IMG/VR virus record: IMGVR_UViG_3300036760_001167
Span: 32,001-96,000 of that record
Length of the DNA: 64,000 nucleotides
DNA from: a virus
Strand: one strand, 5' to 3'
Part shown: positions 39,265-48,967 of the stretch, piece after piece
Numbering within the stretch: position 1 is the first letter of the stretch
Layout of the letters: every line of letters begins with the position of its first letter
The notes under the pieces: model-generated
What the model was told of the DNA's origin: nothing
The model's input: the letters and a program-made list of their open reading frames with translations, nothing else
Database searches by the model: none
Program-made: the position numbers and the translations under genes

Positions 39265-40071
39265 CTCCGTCTCCCTTCTCCGGTCCCGGGTCAGAGACCC
39301 CGGGGTGCGTCCTCATGTAGTTGTGCCCCGCGTCGCACCTGACCCTCTCCATCAGGAACAGCGCGTCGGAGCCGTCGAAGTCGGTCCCGCGTGCGGTGCC
39401 GCTCCACTCGACCCACGCCCTAGCCGGGCAGCTCTCGTCGACGCAGTCCGTCACGCCTCACTCCGTCTCCCGCAGGAACCTGTCCTCGAGCGCAGACCGC
39501 AGGTCTAGCGCCGCGCCCGTCGGCACCCAGTACCTCGCCGCCTGCACCGCGAGGCCCAGCCGCTGCGCGTTCGCGAGCGCCTGGCCGGTGCTCTGCGGGC
39601 TCATCGCCTCCGGGTCGTACAGCATCGCCTCCGCCGCCGTGACGGGCATGTTGAGCTCGCGGCTGGACTCTATCAGCGCGTGGAGTGCGCGGTCCGGCGC
39701 GGCAGCCCGGCGACCTCCTCCTCTCCGCCCATGCTAACCCGTCCAGCTCGCGGCAGGGTCGCCGCGCCCCGGTGCGCGTTCCGGCTCCCCAGGAGGCCCG
39801 TGGGCGGCTTTCGGCTCCCCGGCGGGCGAACCGGCACCGGTGCCCTGCGCGTGCTCTCGGAGCCTCGCGGCCGCCCGGGACATCCTGAGCGTCAGGTCGT
39901 CCACCCGGCGGTCCGTCGCGCGGGCCTGGCCGACGTGCCAGTCCCGGAGCGCGATGGCGTCGACGCGGTCCCGCGCCAGCGCCTCCAGCTCGTCGCGGAG
40001 CGCCTCGCTGCGCGGCCACTCGCCGCGTTCCGTTGCGTCGGTCGCGCTCTCGGCGCGTTCCGTTGCGTCCG

Positions 40072-41979
40072 TCATCGTGCCGCCTCCTCCGCCGCGCGCC
40101 GCTCGATCTCCTCCGGCGTCGCCGCGCGCCCCTGCCGCGGCTGCCGGACCCACGCCTCCTGGGCGCGCTCCGTCTGCTCGGTCGCCTTCGCGCCGAGGCT
40201 CGTCGTCTTCCTCGACTTCTGGATGTTCGCGTCGACCTTGTCCGGGTAGACCGCGCCCCAGTTCTCCACCACCTTCTGCTCCGTCGGCAGCGGCACCGTC
40301 AGGCGGTCCGCCTCCATCACCTCGCGCGCGGTAGCCTGCACCTCCTCGAGGTCCGCGCGCGGCACGTCGAAGACTAGCTCGTCATGGATCGTCAGAACCA
40401 TCAGGTGCCCGACGCCGGCCTTCGTCAGCCCGATCATCGCGTCCTTGGTCACGTCGCCGCAGCCGCCTTGGACGATGTAGTTGACGCCCTTGTACGCCTT
40501 GTCGACCGGCACGACCAGCCGGCGCCCTCCCCACGTCTCGACCCAGCCGAACCCGCTGCCGTCGTCGCGCTCGCGGATCCGGCGCTGGACCTCCGCCTGG
40601 AACCGCACGACCCCGGGGAACGTGCGGTCGTACTTGCGGAGGAAGTCCTTGGCCTGCGGCAGCGTGACGCCGGCGGTCGCGGCGATGCGCGGCGGGCCCG
40701 CGCCGTAGATCTTCGCGAAGCCCGTCCACTTCGCGGTCGTGCGCTGGACCTTCGTCACGTCGTCCTCGGGGACGCCGTAGATCTCGCTCGCCGCGAACCT
40801 GTGGAGGTCGACACCGCGCCGCAGCGCCTCCATCAGCCCGGGGTCCTGCGCGCAGTGGACCATCATGCGCATCTCCTGCGCCTCGTAGTCCGCGAGGAGC
40901 AGGACGTGCTCCTCGTCGCTCGGGATGACCGCGCGCCGGACGACGTTCGTGCGGGGCAGCCCCTGCAGCGCCGGGCGGCCGATGCTCATGCGGCCCGTCT
41001 TCTCCGCGCCGAGCGGGCGGATGTTCGGGTGGAGCCGGCCCTCGACCTGCAGCTCGAGGAACGGCGCGAAGTAGGTCTTGGCGAGCTTCTCCCTGTAGCG
41101 CCACTCCAGCACGTCGGCGGCGAGCGGGTGGTCGATCGACTCGAGCACGACGTCGTCGAGCGACATGTTGCCGCGCTGCGTCCGCGAGGTGATGCGCACG
41201 CCGTCCGCGCGAAGGCGGTCCGCGACCTGCCGCTTCGAGTTCAGGTTCACGTCCGGCCAGCGGGCGCCGATCGAGTCGAGCTCGCGCGACAGCGCCTGGT
41301 ACCGCTCGCGGCAGTAGTCCAGGTCGATCCGCAGGCCCTTAGTCTCCATGTCGAGGATGACGAACGTGACCTCGACCTCCCGCTCGTACGCGTCGCGCCA
41401 CGGCTGGATGAGCGGCCACAGCTCCTGGGCGAGGCGGACGGTGATCACGGGGTCCATCGCCGAGTACCGCCAGTACGACGGCAGCGACGTCGGCACGTCC
41501 TGCCAGCCCCAGCGCCCGCGCCTCATGTCGGCCTTGAGCTCCTGCTGGCCCTGGTTCGTCCAGCCGCCGAGCCGCAGCGCCGCCGCGGGCTTGAGCGCCT
41601 TCGGCCCGCTCGAGTCCTCGAGGTGGAGCATGGTCATCGTGTCGTGCAGCCGCTCGCGCGGGACCTCGATGCCGGCGCGCTCGAGGAAAGACACGTCGAA
41701 CTTCGCGTTGTGCAGCGCCATCGGCCCCTCGTACGACTCGACCGCGTCGCGCGCGAGGCCGCGCCACTCGTCCCACGGGATCGCCCAGCCGGTGCTCTCG
41801 TCGCCGACCTGCACCAGCCGGATCTCGTCGCGGAACGGGTCGAGGCCCGTGGTCTCGATGTCCAGGCCGAGCAGGTCGCGGTCCTCGGACAGCCAGCGCT
41901 TGAACGCGTCGGCCTCCTCCCACGAGTCGACGAGCACGACCTCGATGTCGGAGCGAGTCTCCTCCGCGACCGCGGTCAC
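40072..41979 (-). CDS. Family A DNA polymerase with 3'-5' exonuclease
   Basis: LDIETTGL, HNAKFD, YSAMD; TGRMS; ADYEAQEMR (motif A), RTTAKWTGFAKIYGAG (motif B), TIHDEL (motif C). Confidence 0.97.
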   Translation of the reverse strand: MTAVAEETRSDIEVVLVDSWEEADAFKRWLSEDRDLLGLDIETTGLDPFRDEIRLVQVGDESTGWAIPWDEWRGLARDAVESYEGPMALHNAKFDVSFLERAGIEVPRERLHDTMTMLHLEDSSGPKALKPAAALRLGGWTNQGQQELKADMRRGRWGWQDVPTSLPSYWRYSAMDPVITVRLAQELWPLIQPWRDAYEREVEVTFVILDMETKGLRIDLDYCRERYQALSRELDSIGARWPDVNLNSKRQVADRLRADGVRITSRTQRGNMSLDDVVLESIDHPLAADVLEWRYREKLAKTYFAPFLELQVEGRLHPNIRPLGAEKTGRMSIGRPALQGLPRTNVVRRAVIPSDEEHVLLLADYEAQEMRMMVHCAQDPGLMEALRRGVDLHRFAASEIYGVPEDDVTKVQRTTAKWTGFAKIYGAGPPRIAATAGVTLPQAKDFLRKYDRTFPGVVRFQAEVQRRIRERDDGSGFGWVETWGGRRLVVPVDKAYKGVNYIVQGGCGDVTKDAMIGLTKAGVGHLMVLTIHDELVFDVPRADLEEVQATAREVMEADRLTVPLPTEQKVVENWGAVYPDKVDANIQKSRKTTSLGAKATEQTERAQEAWVRQPRQGRAATPEEIERRAAEEAAR

Positions 41980-42458
41980 AGCAGGCGGCCGCCCTCGCGC
42001 GCGAAGCGCTTCGCGAGGAACTCGACGGCGGGCTCGAAGCTCGTGAACGTAGCGCGCGCCAGGCCGCTCAGGAACGAGTCGACGCGCGGCGCGAGGCAGA
42101 CGAAGATGATCGGGATGTCGAGCGCGCACGCGTAGCCGCACTCGGCCGCCATGCCGTAGACGTACGGGTAGTCGCCCAGGTACGCGAGCACCGCGTCGGC
42201 CGCGCGGATCATCTCGAGGTCGAGGCCGACGTAGCAGCCCGGGATGTGGTGCCGCTCGCCCTTCGCCTCCGGGTCGAGGACCTCGATCCCGCGCGACTCG
42301 AGCCGCGCGACGAGGCTGGGCTTGAACTCCTGGAAGAACCCGCCGGCGAGGTAGACGCCCGGCGCGCGGGACGCGCGCTCCTTCTTGAGCCGCCGGTCCA
42401 TCGCGCGCTCGGCCCAGTCGTGGATCTGCGCCGCCTCGGGCTTGTCTCCGTCGCTCAT
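41976..42458 (-). CDS. Nucleoside 2-deoxyribosyltransferase / N-glycosidase family
   Basis: VYLAGGF..DP..DLEMIRAADAVLA..GMAAECGYA.ALDIP. Confidence 0.8.
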   Translation of the reverse strand: MSDGDKPEAAQIHDWAERAMDRRLKKERASRAPGVYLAGGFFQEFKPSLVARLESRGIEVLDPEAKGERHHIPGCYVGLDLEMIRAADAVLAYLGDYPYVYGMAAECGYACALDIPIIFVCLAPRVDSFLSGLARATFTSFEPAVEFLAKRFAREGGRLL

Positions 42459-42913
42459 GCGTAGTCCTCCCTGGTCGCGTGCCGGTCGTGCGTCTCCTGC
42501 ATCCGCAGGCTCTCCGCGGCGCCGACGCGCGAGAGCGCGTCCGCGCGGATGTTGAGCTCGCGCGGGATCCACTCGTACACGACCCCGCCCGAGAAGCACC
42601 GCGCGACCTCCCAGACCCTGTCGCGCAGGTAGCGCAGCGGCTCCTCGTTGCACTTCCAGCGGTCCTCCTCGCGGAGCTGGCTGACGACCAGCAGCGAGTC
42701 GGTCCGGACGTGGGCGGCCCGCGCGCCCATCTCGACCGCGACCTTCAGGCCGCGCAGGACCGCCTCGTACTCGGCGACGTTGTTCGTCTGCACGCCGAGC
42801 GCGTCGCCGTGCTCCTCGACCGCGTCGCCGAACCAGACGACGTATCCCGCGCCGGCCGGTCCTGGGTTGCTGGGCCGCGCGGCCCCGTCGCAGTGCAGCA
42901 CCGCGCGCCTCAC
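42455..42913 (-). CDS. Ribonuclease HI
   Basis: CDGAARPSNPGPAGAG, TNNVAEYEA, TDSLLVV.Q, WIPRELN.RADAL. Confidence 0.93.
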   Translation of the reverse strand: MRRAVLHCDGAARPSNPGPAGAGYVVWFGDAVEEHGDALGVQTNNVAEYEAVLRGLKVAVEMGARAAHVRTDSLLVVSQLREEDRWKCNEEPLRYLRDRVWEVARCFSGGVVYEWIPRELNIRADALSRVGAAESLRMQETHDRHATREDYA

Positions 42914-43643
42914 GAGAACTCCGTCCCGATCTGCTCCGTGCTGACGCGTCCGGTGCTGATCATGATCTCGAACATCTGGAGCGCGGTCAGCTTGGTCCCG
43001 TACTCGTCCTCGAACCGCATCGTCCCCTCGTCGCAGGAGCAGGTCTCGCAGTGCTTCTCGATCTGGATGCAGAGCTCGCGGAACCTGTCGTCCGGCATCG
43101 CCTGCAGGAACTCGCCGCTCGTGCGCTTGCCCACGTGGTACTCGGGCGCGTCGTCGTGCCGGTGGCCGATCGCGTAGAAGTTGGTGCTCACCGTCGCGCG
43201 CCCCTCGCCACGTCGATGGGCACGCGGGCGCCGGCCAGGTGCAGCTCGGTCCCGCCCGCCTCGATCACCGCGGCCTCCGCCGCGTCGAGCTTCATGTTCG
43301 CGAGGATGCTCTCCGCGTACGCCGTCTGGAACCGGGCGCAGGCGTTCATGATCGCGAGCTCGCGCTCCTGGTCCGCGCTCACGGGGTCTCCAGGTGATGC
43401 GCGTCGGGGCAGAGCGCGGCCGGCTCCGTCGGGGCCGGGGCGTCTGGCATCCCGTAGCAGTAGTGGTCGCAAGGGCGTACGTCGTAGGGCTGGTCGGCGC
43501 AGCCGCAGGTCGGGCAGTGGGTCACGAGGGCTCCACCACCGTCCAGGTCTCGCCGCACTCGCCGCACGCGCGGTTCTTGCCGCCGGGCAGGTCGACGGCC
43601 GCGACCTCGTCGCTGCCGCAGTGCGGGCACGTGTCGCCGGTCC

Positions 43644-44183
43644 TCACGGGCGCCCCGCGGTCCCGAGCATGGAGTCGCGGTCCTGCCCGAAGAATGACCG
43701 CTCCTGAACCCTGAACCCCCAGGACCTGAGCTCCTCGCCGAAGATCGGCCGGACGTGCGTCGCGTCCATGTCGCGCACCGCCTGCATGCCGAGCTCGTTG
43801 GTGTTCGGCGTCGTCACCACGACTCCGCCGTCCGCCGCGCCGATCATCGTCACCGCCAGCGCCCGCGCGTTCTCCAGGTGCTCGAGGAGCTCGACGGCGA
43901 CGAAGAAGTCCGCGCGGAGCGGCGGCCGCCAGATCTCCAGGTCGGTGCCGTCGATCGCCGCGTCGACCGGCAGGTAGCGGCCCTTGTAGCCGCGCTCCGT
44001 GCGGAGGTAGAAGTCCAGGTCGCACGTGCCGGCGCCGACGTCGACGAGCAGGCAGTCGTCGTCCAGGCCCATCGCGTACAGCTCGTCGGCCACGGCCGAG
44101 TACCTGACGAAGCGGTACTCCAGCGTCCCGCGCCGCTGCGCGAGGTAGGCGAGCGCGCCGTCGCGCGCCTCGGCGGCCGTCAC
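43644..44183 (-). CDS. Class I SAM-methyltransferase-like protein
   Basis: LVDVGAG, YLPVD, ELLEHLEN, VTTPN..D.TH. Confidence 0.7.
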   Translation of the reverse strand: MTAAEARDGALAYLAQRRGTLEYRFVRYSAVADELYAMGLDDDCLLVDVGAGTCDLDFYLRTERGYKGRYLPVDAAIDGTDLEIWRPPLRADFFVAVELLEHLENARALAVTMIGAADGGVVVTTPNTNELGMQAVRDMDATHVRPIFGEELRSWGFRVQERSFFGQDRDSMLGTAGRP

Positions 44184-44452
44184 TCGGCGGTCCCGCCGGA
44201 GTAGGAAACCACCGCGGACGGGACGAACTCGACCCCGTAGATTCCATCCTGGAAGCAGTCGAACCTGTCGATCCGCTGAGTGTCCCCGAGCAGGCTGTTC
44301 GACAGGACGATCCTGAGCCCGCTCGGGCAGTCGACCCTCGTGCCGTCGAGCAGCGTCACGCTGCCCGGGTCGAGGTACCTGTGGGCGCAGGCCGGCAGGA
44401 TCAGCGCGGCGCCGATCGCCAGGCCCGCCGCGTACGCCCGCGCGCTCCTCAC
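44180..44452 (-). CDS. Putative lipoprotein
   Basis: Hydrophobic N-terminus with LPAC lipobox-like motif. Confidence 0.45.
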   Translation of the reverse strand: MRSARAYAAGLAIGAALILPACAHRYLDPGSVTLLDGTRVDCPSGLRIVLSNSLLGDTQRIDRFDCFQDGIYGVEFVPSAVVSYSGGTAE

Positions 44453-45321
44453 AGCTCCCACCCCATTACCTCCGCGTGCTTCTGGATGTACCACTGCTCG
44501 CTCCCGGCGCTCTTCCGGAGCATGCCGTCGCCGATGTCGCGGGCGCGCTGCGCCGCCTCGGCGAACGGGCGGCCGGCCTTGCCGATGCCGTCGGCGAGCG
44601 GGTCCGGCGTGTCGCCGTCCGGCCGCGCGAGTCTCCCGGTCAGCTCCCAGTGCTCCTCGTACACGTGCAGCGACGACGCGTGGTGGAAGTACGTGCCGAC
44701 CGGCGCGCCGAGCGCGCGGGCGAGCGAGTGCTGGAGCTGGTTGAAGAAGAACGCGTCGTATGGGAACCCGTGCCAGGCGTCGTTCGACCGCATCGTCACG
44801 TGGAGGTCGAGCGCGTTGAAGAGGTGGCCCAGCTCCGGGTTGGACGGCCGCAGCATGAACTGGAGCTCCGTCGTGCACGGGTAGTTCTTGACGCCCTCGA
44901 TCGCGTCGCGCGCCGGGTCCCAGATCGTCACCACCGCGCGGCGCGAGAACGGGTCCTCGCGCAGGCGGCGCTCGACCATCTCCATCTGGCCCCGGACGCG
45001 CGGGCCGTACGCGCCGTGGAACGCGCCCTGGTCGGCGAAGTTCCGCATGTTCGCGCTCGCATGGAACAGCGCCTCGGCGTCGGAGTACCCGCCGATCAGC
45101 TGGAGGGCCTCCTCGGCCGCCATCTTCGGGCTGACGCCGCGGCCGGTCCCGACCGGCAGCATCGGCGCGTCCGCCGGGATCACGATGGTCGCGGCCAGCA
45201 CCTCGCGCGTGACGGTGCCGCGCGGCTCCGCGCGCCGGCCCTCCGCCATCACGGCCTCGACCACGTCGACGTAGCCGCCCACGAGGTCGTCCAGCCTGAG
45301 GAGCATCCCCTCGTTCGTCAC
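44449..45321 (-). CDS. Thymidylate synthase-family enzyme, dCMP-modifying type (Asp at the specificity site)
   Basis: GAYGPR, DPFSRRAV..IW, YPCT..LQF, MRSNDAWHGFPYD, SLHVYE. Confidence 0.85.
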   Translation of the reverse strand: MTNEGMLLRLDDLVGGYVDVVEAVMAEGRRAEPRGTVTREVLAATIVIPADAPMLPVGTGRGVSPKMAAEEALQLIGGYSDAEALFHASANMRNFADQGAFHGAYGPRVRGQMEMVERRLREDPFSRRAVVTIWDPARDAIEGVKNYPCTTELQFMLRPSNPELGHLFNALDLHVTMRSNDAWHGFPYDAFFFNQLQHSLARALGAPVGTYFHHASSLHVYEEHWELTGRLARPDGDTPDPLADGIGKAGRPFAEAAQRARDIGDGMLRKSAGSEQWYIQKHAEVMGWEL

Positions 45322-45610
45322 GGCCGCACCGGCTGGACGACGTAGCCCAGCGCGCTCAGGCGGCGCTTCGTCTTCGCGAGCATCTCCGCGCGGACGCGCT
45401 CCGCCTTGGCCTCGTCGACGCCGTCCCCGAAGTAGATCCCCTCGGGGTCGTCGCGGTAGTCCCACACGCCGCCGAGCCGCTCGGTGCCGTCGTCGTTCCG
45501 CACGACTTCCATCGCGAGGCCGACGGGGTGCAGCACGAGGCGGTTGACCTCCTGCAGGTAGCCACCCTCGCGGAACTCCCGCGCGTCCAGGTACTTGATC
45601 TCTCCGGCCA

Positions 45611-46456
45611 TCAGAGGTGCTCCCTCCTGTCGATCGTCCAGCGCATGAAGATCAGCTCCTCCCAGTCGAACGGCGGGCAGCGCGTGTGGAGCACCTCGCG
45701 CTCCACCTCCAGGCCGGGCCGGTCCAGGTAGTTCGCGAGCGTCTCCGCGTTGAGCTGCAGGCCCGGCGGGTCGCCGGGCTTCTCGACGCGCGCGGCGCCG
45801 GGCAGGTCCGCGTCGCGGTCGCCGGGCGGGATGAACAGCACGAGGACTGCGCGGTCGGTGAAGCTGTCGGTCATGTTCGCGAGGATCCTCCCCCACTCCC
45901 AGTTATGCTCGAGGACGTGGCGCATCAGGATCTTCGGAACGCGCGGCCGCGAGACGTACTCGCGCAGGTCCGCGCGCGCCGCGCCCCAGCGCTCGACGCC
46001 CTCGGCGCCGTCGACGCCGCGGTACGGCGCGCCGACGAAGCGGCTGCCCCAGGTCGTCGCGCAGCCCCACTCCTCGACGAGGCCCGGCCCGCTCAGGAAC
46101 GCGCCCGCGCGCTGGTAGCTCACCGCGTCGTCGTCGTACGGGCTGGGGGCTCCGACGTTCTGGTAGAGCTCGCGCCACTGCTCGCCCCAGTCCGTCGCCG
46201 GGTGCGGGATGCGCAGCCCGCCCGACTCGTTGCCGCCGATCGCGGGCGGCGTCGCGTCGTTCCCGCCCGGCTCCGGCAGGGTGAAGGTCTCGCCCCTGAC
46301 CGTGTAGTCTCCCGGCAGGAAGACCCTGTCGCACTCGCAGCCCGGCTCCGCGCAGCCGGCCGCGTGCTTCGACTTCAGGTGGCTGCAACCGCCGCGGTCC
46401 GAGCACGTCGCCGCCCACGCCCGCGCCATCGCCGTCTCCTGCCCCTCGTCTGCCAT
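45611..46456 (-). CDS. Class I SAM-methyltransferase-like protein with Cys/His N-terminus
   Basis: VEEWGCA, YRGVDG, ADLREY, MRHVLEHN..W..IL.N. Confidence 0.65.
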   Translation of the reverse strand: MADEGQETAMARAWAATCSDRGGCSHLKSKHAAGCAEPGCECDRVFLPGDYTVRGETFTLPEPGGNDATPPAIGGNESGGLRIPHPATDWGEQWRELYQNVGAPSPYDDDAVSYQRAGAFLSGPGLVEEWGCATTWGSRFVGAPYRGVDGAEGVERWGAARADLREYVSRPRVPKILMRHVLEHNWEWGRILANMTDSFTDRAVLVLFIPPGDRDADLPGAARVEKPGDPPGLQLNAETLANYLDRPGLEVEREVLHTRCPPFDWEELIFMRWTIDRREHL

Positions 46457-46767
46457 CAGTCCCTCCTGTTCCTGGGCGTCGGCGCCGTGACGGTCGACCC
46501 GCAGAGCGGGCACGGCTTCGCCGCGTTCGAGCACTTCACCAGGAACTGGATCACGCGAGGTTCCTCGCGCGGCCCGGCGTCGTGCGCGACGCCGCCTTGC
46601 CGGTGATGAAGTCCACGCCGTTGTGCTCGAGGAGCGCGATCCCGCGGTCCAGCTCAGACGACACGCGGTCGTACGCCTGCTCGAGCCGGCGCGTCCGCCA
46701 AGGGTTCAGCAGCCGCAGCCAGGTCTGGTTGTGCTTGACCTTCCCCATTCTTCTTCCTCCGGTGTAA

Positions 46768-46811
46768 GTCGGGCCGGGCGGGCCGTCGCAACGGCCCGCC
46801 CCCGGCCCGAC
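46768..46811 (-). terminator. GC-rich hairpin
   Basis: gtcgggccgggcgggccg-tcgcaa-cggcccgcccccggcccgac downstream of the lipoprotein gene. Confidence 0.55.
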
Positions 46812-46822
46812 GCTTCAGTGCT

Positions 46823-47221
46823 TCAGGGAATGGTGATGTCGGGGATGATCGTCGACGGCTTGAAGACCACCAGGTAGTGGTACGCGCTCACGTTAGCGCT
46901 CTCGAGCTGCTCGACGAAGTACGTCACGTTGTCCGACAGCCCGAGGAAGGACTTCTTGTACTCGTCCGGGCCGGTCTTGCACACCACCGTCAGCTCGTGC
47001 GGCGGGTCGTTGTTCCCGAGCGCGCAGTAGCCCTCGATCTCCAGCATGTACTGGCCCGTGATGCCGTTGTAGAACACGACGCGCCGCAGGATCTTGAACT
47101 GGTCCGCCTCGGTGGACAGGTTCTTCGACACCACGTCCGAGTTGTGCTTCGTGCATGACGCGGCCGTGCCGAGCGCGATCGCCGCGAGCAGCGCCAGCGC
47201 CACTACCTTCTTCTTCCTCAT
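46823..47221 (-). CDS. Conserved phage lipoprotein
   Basis: Lipobox AASC; VSKNLSTEADQF..RRVVFYNGITG..GLSDNVTYFVEQ..KPSTIIPDI. Confidence 0.8.
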   Translation of the reverse strand: MRKKKVVALALLAAIALGTAASCTKHNSDVVSKNLSTEADQFKILRRVVFYNGITGQYMLEIEGYCALGNNDPPHELTVVCKTGPDEYKKSFLGLSDNVTYFVEQLESANVSAYHYLVVFKPSTIIPDITIP

Positions 47222-47259
47222 CGTTGACCTCCGTCCTTCGGCCGGCGCGGGCGCCGGGC

Positions 47260-47496
47260 TTACTTCGACGACTTGCTGCCGCCGAAGATGGAGCCGCTGT
47301 GGAACGCGCCGCCGAACGACGCGGTGACGAAGAGGGCGCCCAGCGTCTGCCAGAAGCCTAGCGCCGGCACCGCGGTCAGCCCGCTCTTGTTGAGGCCGCC
47401 GAGCACGAGCATCGTCGGGCCCGCGGTGATCAGCAGGAGCGCCACCACGAGCAGCACGAGCAGCACGAGCAGCACGAGCGCCTTCAGGATCTTCAT
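47260..47496 (-). CDS. Small membrane protein
   Basis: Very hydrophobic; PALGFWQTL motif; RBS GGAGG. Confidence 0.7.
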   Translation of the reverse strand: MKILKALVLLVLLVLLVVALLLITAGPTMLVLGGLNKSGLTAVPALGFWQTLGALFVTASFGGAFHSGSIFGGSKSSK

Positions 47497-48022
47497 TGCC
47501 CACCTCCATGGGTCCGGGAAGTTGGGGCGTCGCCACCGGCGGAGGTGGCGAGAGGGAGGTGGGGTGCGGCACCGAACGTAGCCGGGCCGCTTGCACCTCG
47601 CGTCGCGATGGCGACGCCTCCGAACTCCTAGGTCTCTGTCCAGTATCTTACACCCGCGCGGCGGCCTCCGCATCCTCCGGCGACGCGGTCGAGTACGCGT
47701 GCCAGACCAGCCCGAGCTGGTCGAACACCGTGGCGAGGTACTCGCCTGGCGGCACGTCCGCGCCGGTGGGCACCATCACGTACTCGCCGAACTCCCACTC
47801 CTCCGCGCGGCGCGGCGCCGGCGCGGTGAACTCGGCCTCGGTCGGCTCCGCGTCCGGGTCGACCTCGGCCCAGACCATCACTCCGTCGCCGAAGGCCGAT
47901 CGCTGCCGCCGCACCGCGCGGACGACCGCGCCCCGCGGCAGCGTCATGGTGAAGCTGTCGCCAGGCGCCGGCGCGTCGCCGGCCAGCGGGTACTTGAACA
48001 TCTTCATGGTGCCTCCCTCTCG

Positions 48023-48967
48023 TCAGGCTGCCAGCGCCAGGAGCATCTTGTCCCTGGCCTTGGCGGCGGCGCCGCCGGGCAGCGTGCCCAGCACGCGGCT
48101 CTCCTCGGTGCGCGGGTTGCGCGCCCAGTCGTAGTACTCCCCGACCGCGTTCAGCGCCGCGTACTTGGTGTCGCGGAACGCCTCGAGGTTCGGCGAGTGC
48201 AGGTACAGGTCCACGACCTGCGCCCTCGCCGAGTCGGCCTGCGGCCTGTCGCCGATCACCTTCTCGAGCGCGGTCCGCAGGCGGCGCTCCGTGTACGGCG
48301 CCGCGAGCAGCCGCTCGAGCTCCGCCTGCATCGCGTCGCGGTACTGGAACGTCAGGCCCAGCGCCTCGCGCGCCTCGTGCAGCCGGCCGGCGATCGTCCC
48401 GACGTGCCGCGCGCTCCACCTGTTCGTCGCGCCGCGGACCGCCATGTTCAGGGTGTTCATGCAGACGACGCGGATGGACGTCGGGAGGCACGTGACCGCC
48501 TTCATCCCGTCGTGCGACGTCGTCAGCAGGAGGTACATAGCGTGCTCGTCGCCGCCGACCTCGAAGCCCTCGGTCCGCATCGCCAGGAAGACGGTGCGCC
48601 CGCCGCGGAGCGAGCCCGCGGTCTCGTACTTGCCGTCGCTCGAGTCGACGAGGTTGTCCGCGAACTCGAACGCCTCGCGGTTCTGGAAGGGCGAGTAGTC
48701 GGTGCCGACCACGCCGAAGGGCCGGCCGTCGGCCTTCCTGACCACCGCGCGCCGGCTCGGGATGTCGATCAGCTCGTACTCCTCGCCCGTCGTCATCGCG
48801 TCCGCGCGGCTGACCGTGAACACGGGGCGCAGCTCCACGTCCCAGTCCAGGCCGCCGAGCTTCAGCGCCTGCTTCGCCGTCATCGCGCCGTCCGCGGCGG
48901 TGCCGAGCCCGTGCCAAGGGACCCCGCGCTCCGCCGTGTAGGCGAGGCTCTCAACCTCTGCTGGCAT
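48023..48967 (-). CDS. DUF932 family protein
   Basis: PWHGLG, LDWDV, QNREAF, YETAGSLRGG, SHDG, RVVCMNTL. Confidence 0.9.
   Translation of the reverse strand: MPAEVESLAYTAERGVPWHGLGTAADGAMTAKQALKLGGLDWDVELRPVFTVSRADAMTTGEEYELIDIPSRRAVVRKADGRPFGVVGTDYSPFQNREAFEFADNLVDSSDGKYETAGSLRGGRTVFLAMRTEGFEVGGDEHAMYLLLTTSHDGMKAVTCLPTSIRVVCMNTLNMAVRGATNRWSARHVGTIAGRLHEAREALGLTFQYRDAMQAELERLLAAPYTERRLRTALEKVIGDRPQADSARAQVVDLYLHSPNLEAFRDTKYAALNAVGEYYDWARNPRTEESRVLGTLPGGAAAKARDKMLLALAA

Noticed and set aside
33493-41979. Inteins or introns in NrdJ, helicase or polymerase
   Set aside because: Lengths are compact and no intein splice motifs or interruptions are seen.
46823-47221. Recombination directionality factor or integration module
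   Set aside because: The protein has a lipoprotein signal, and no integrase or att site is visible in the window.
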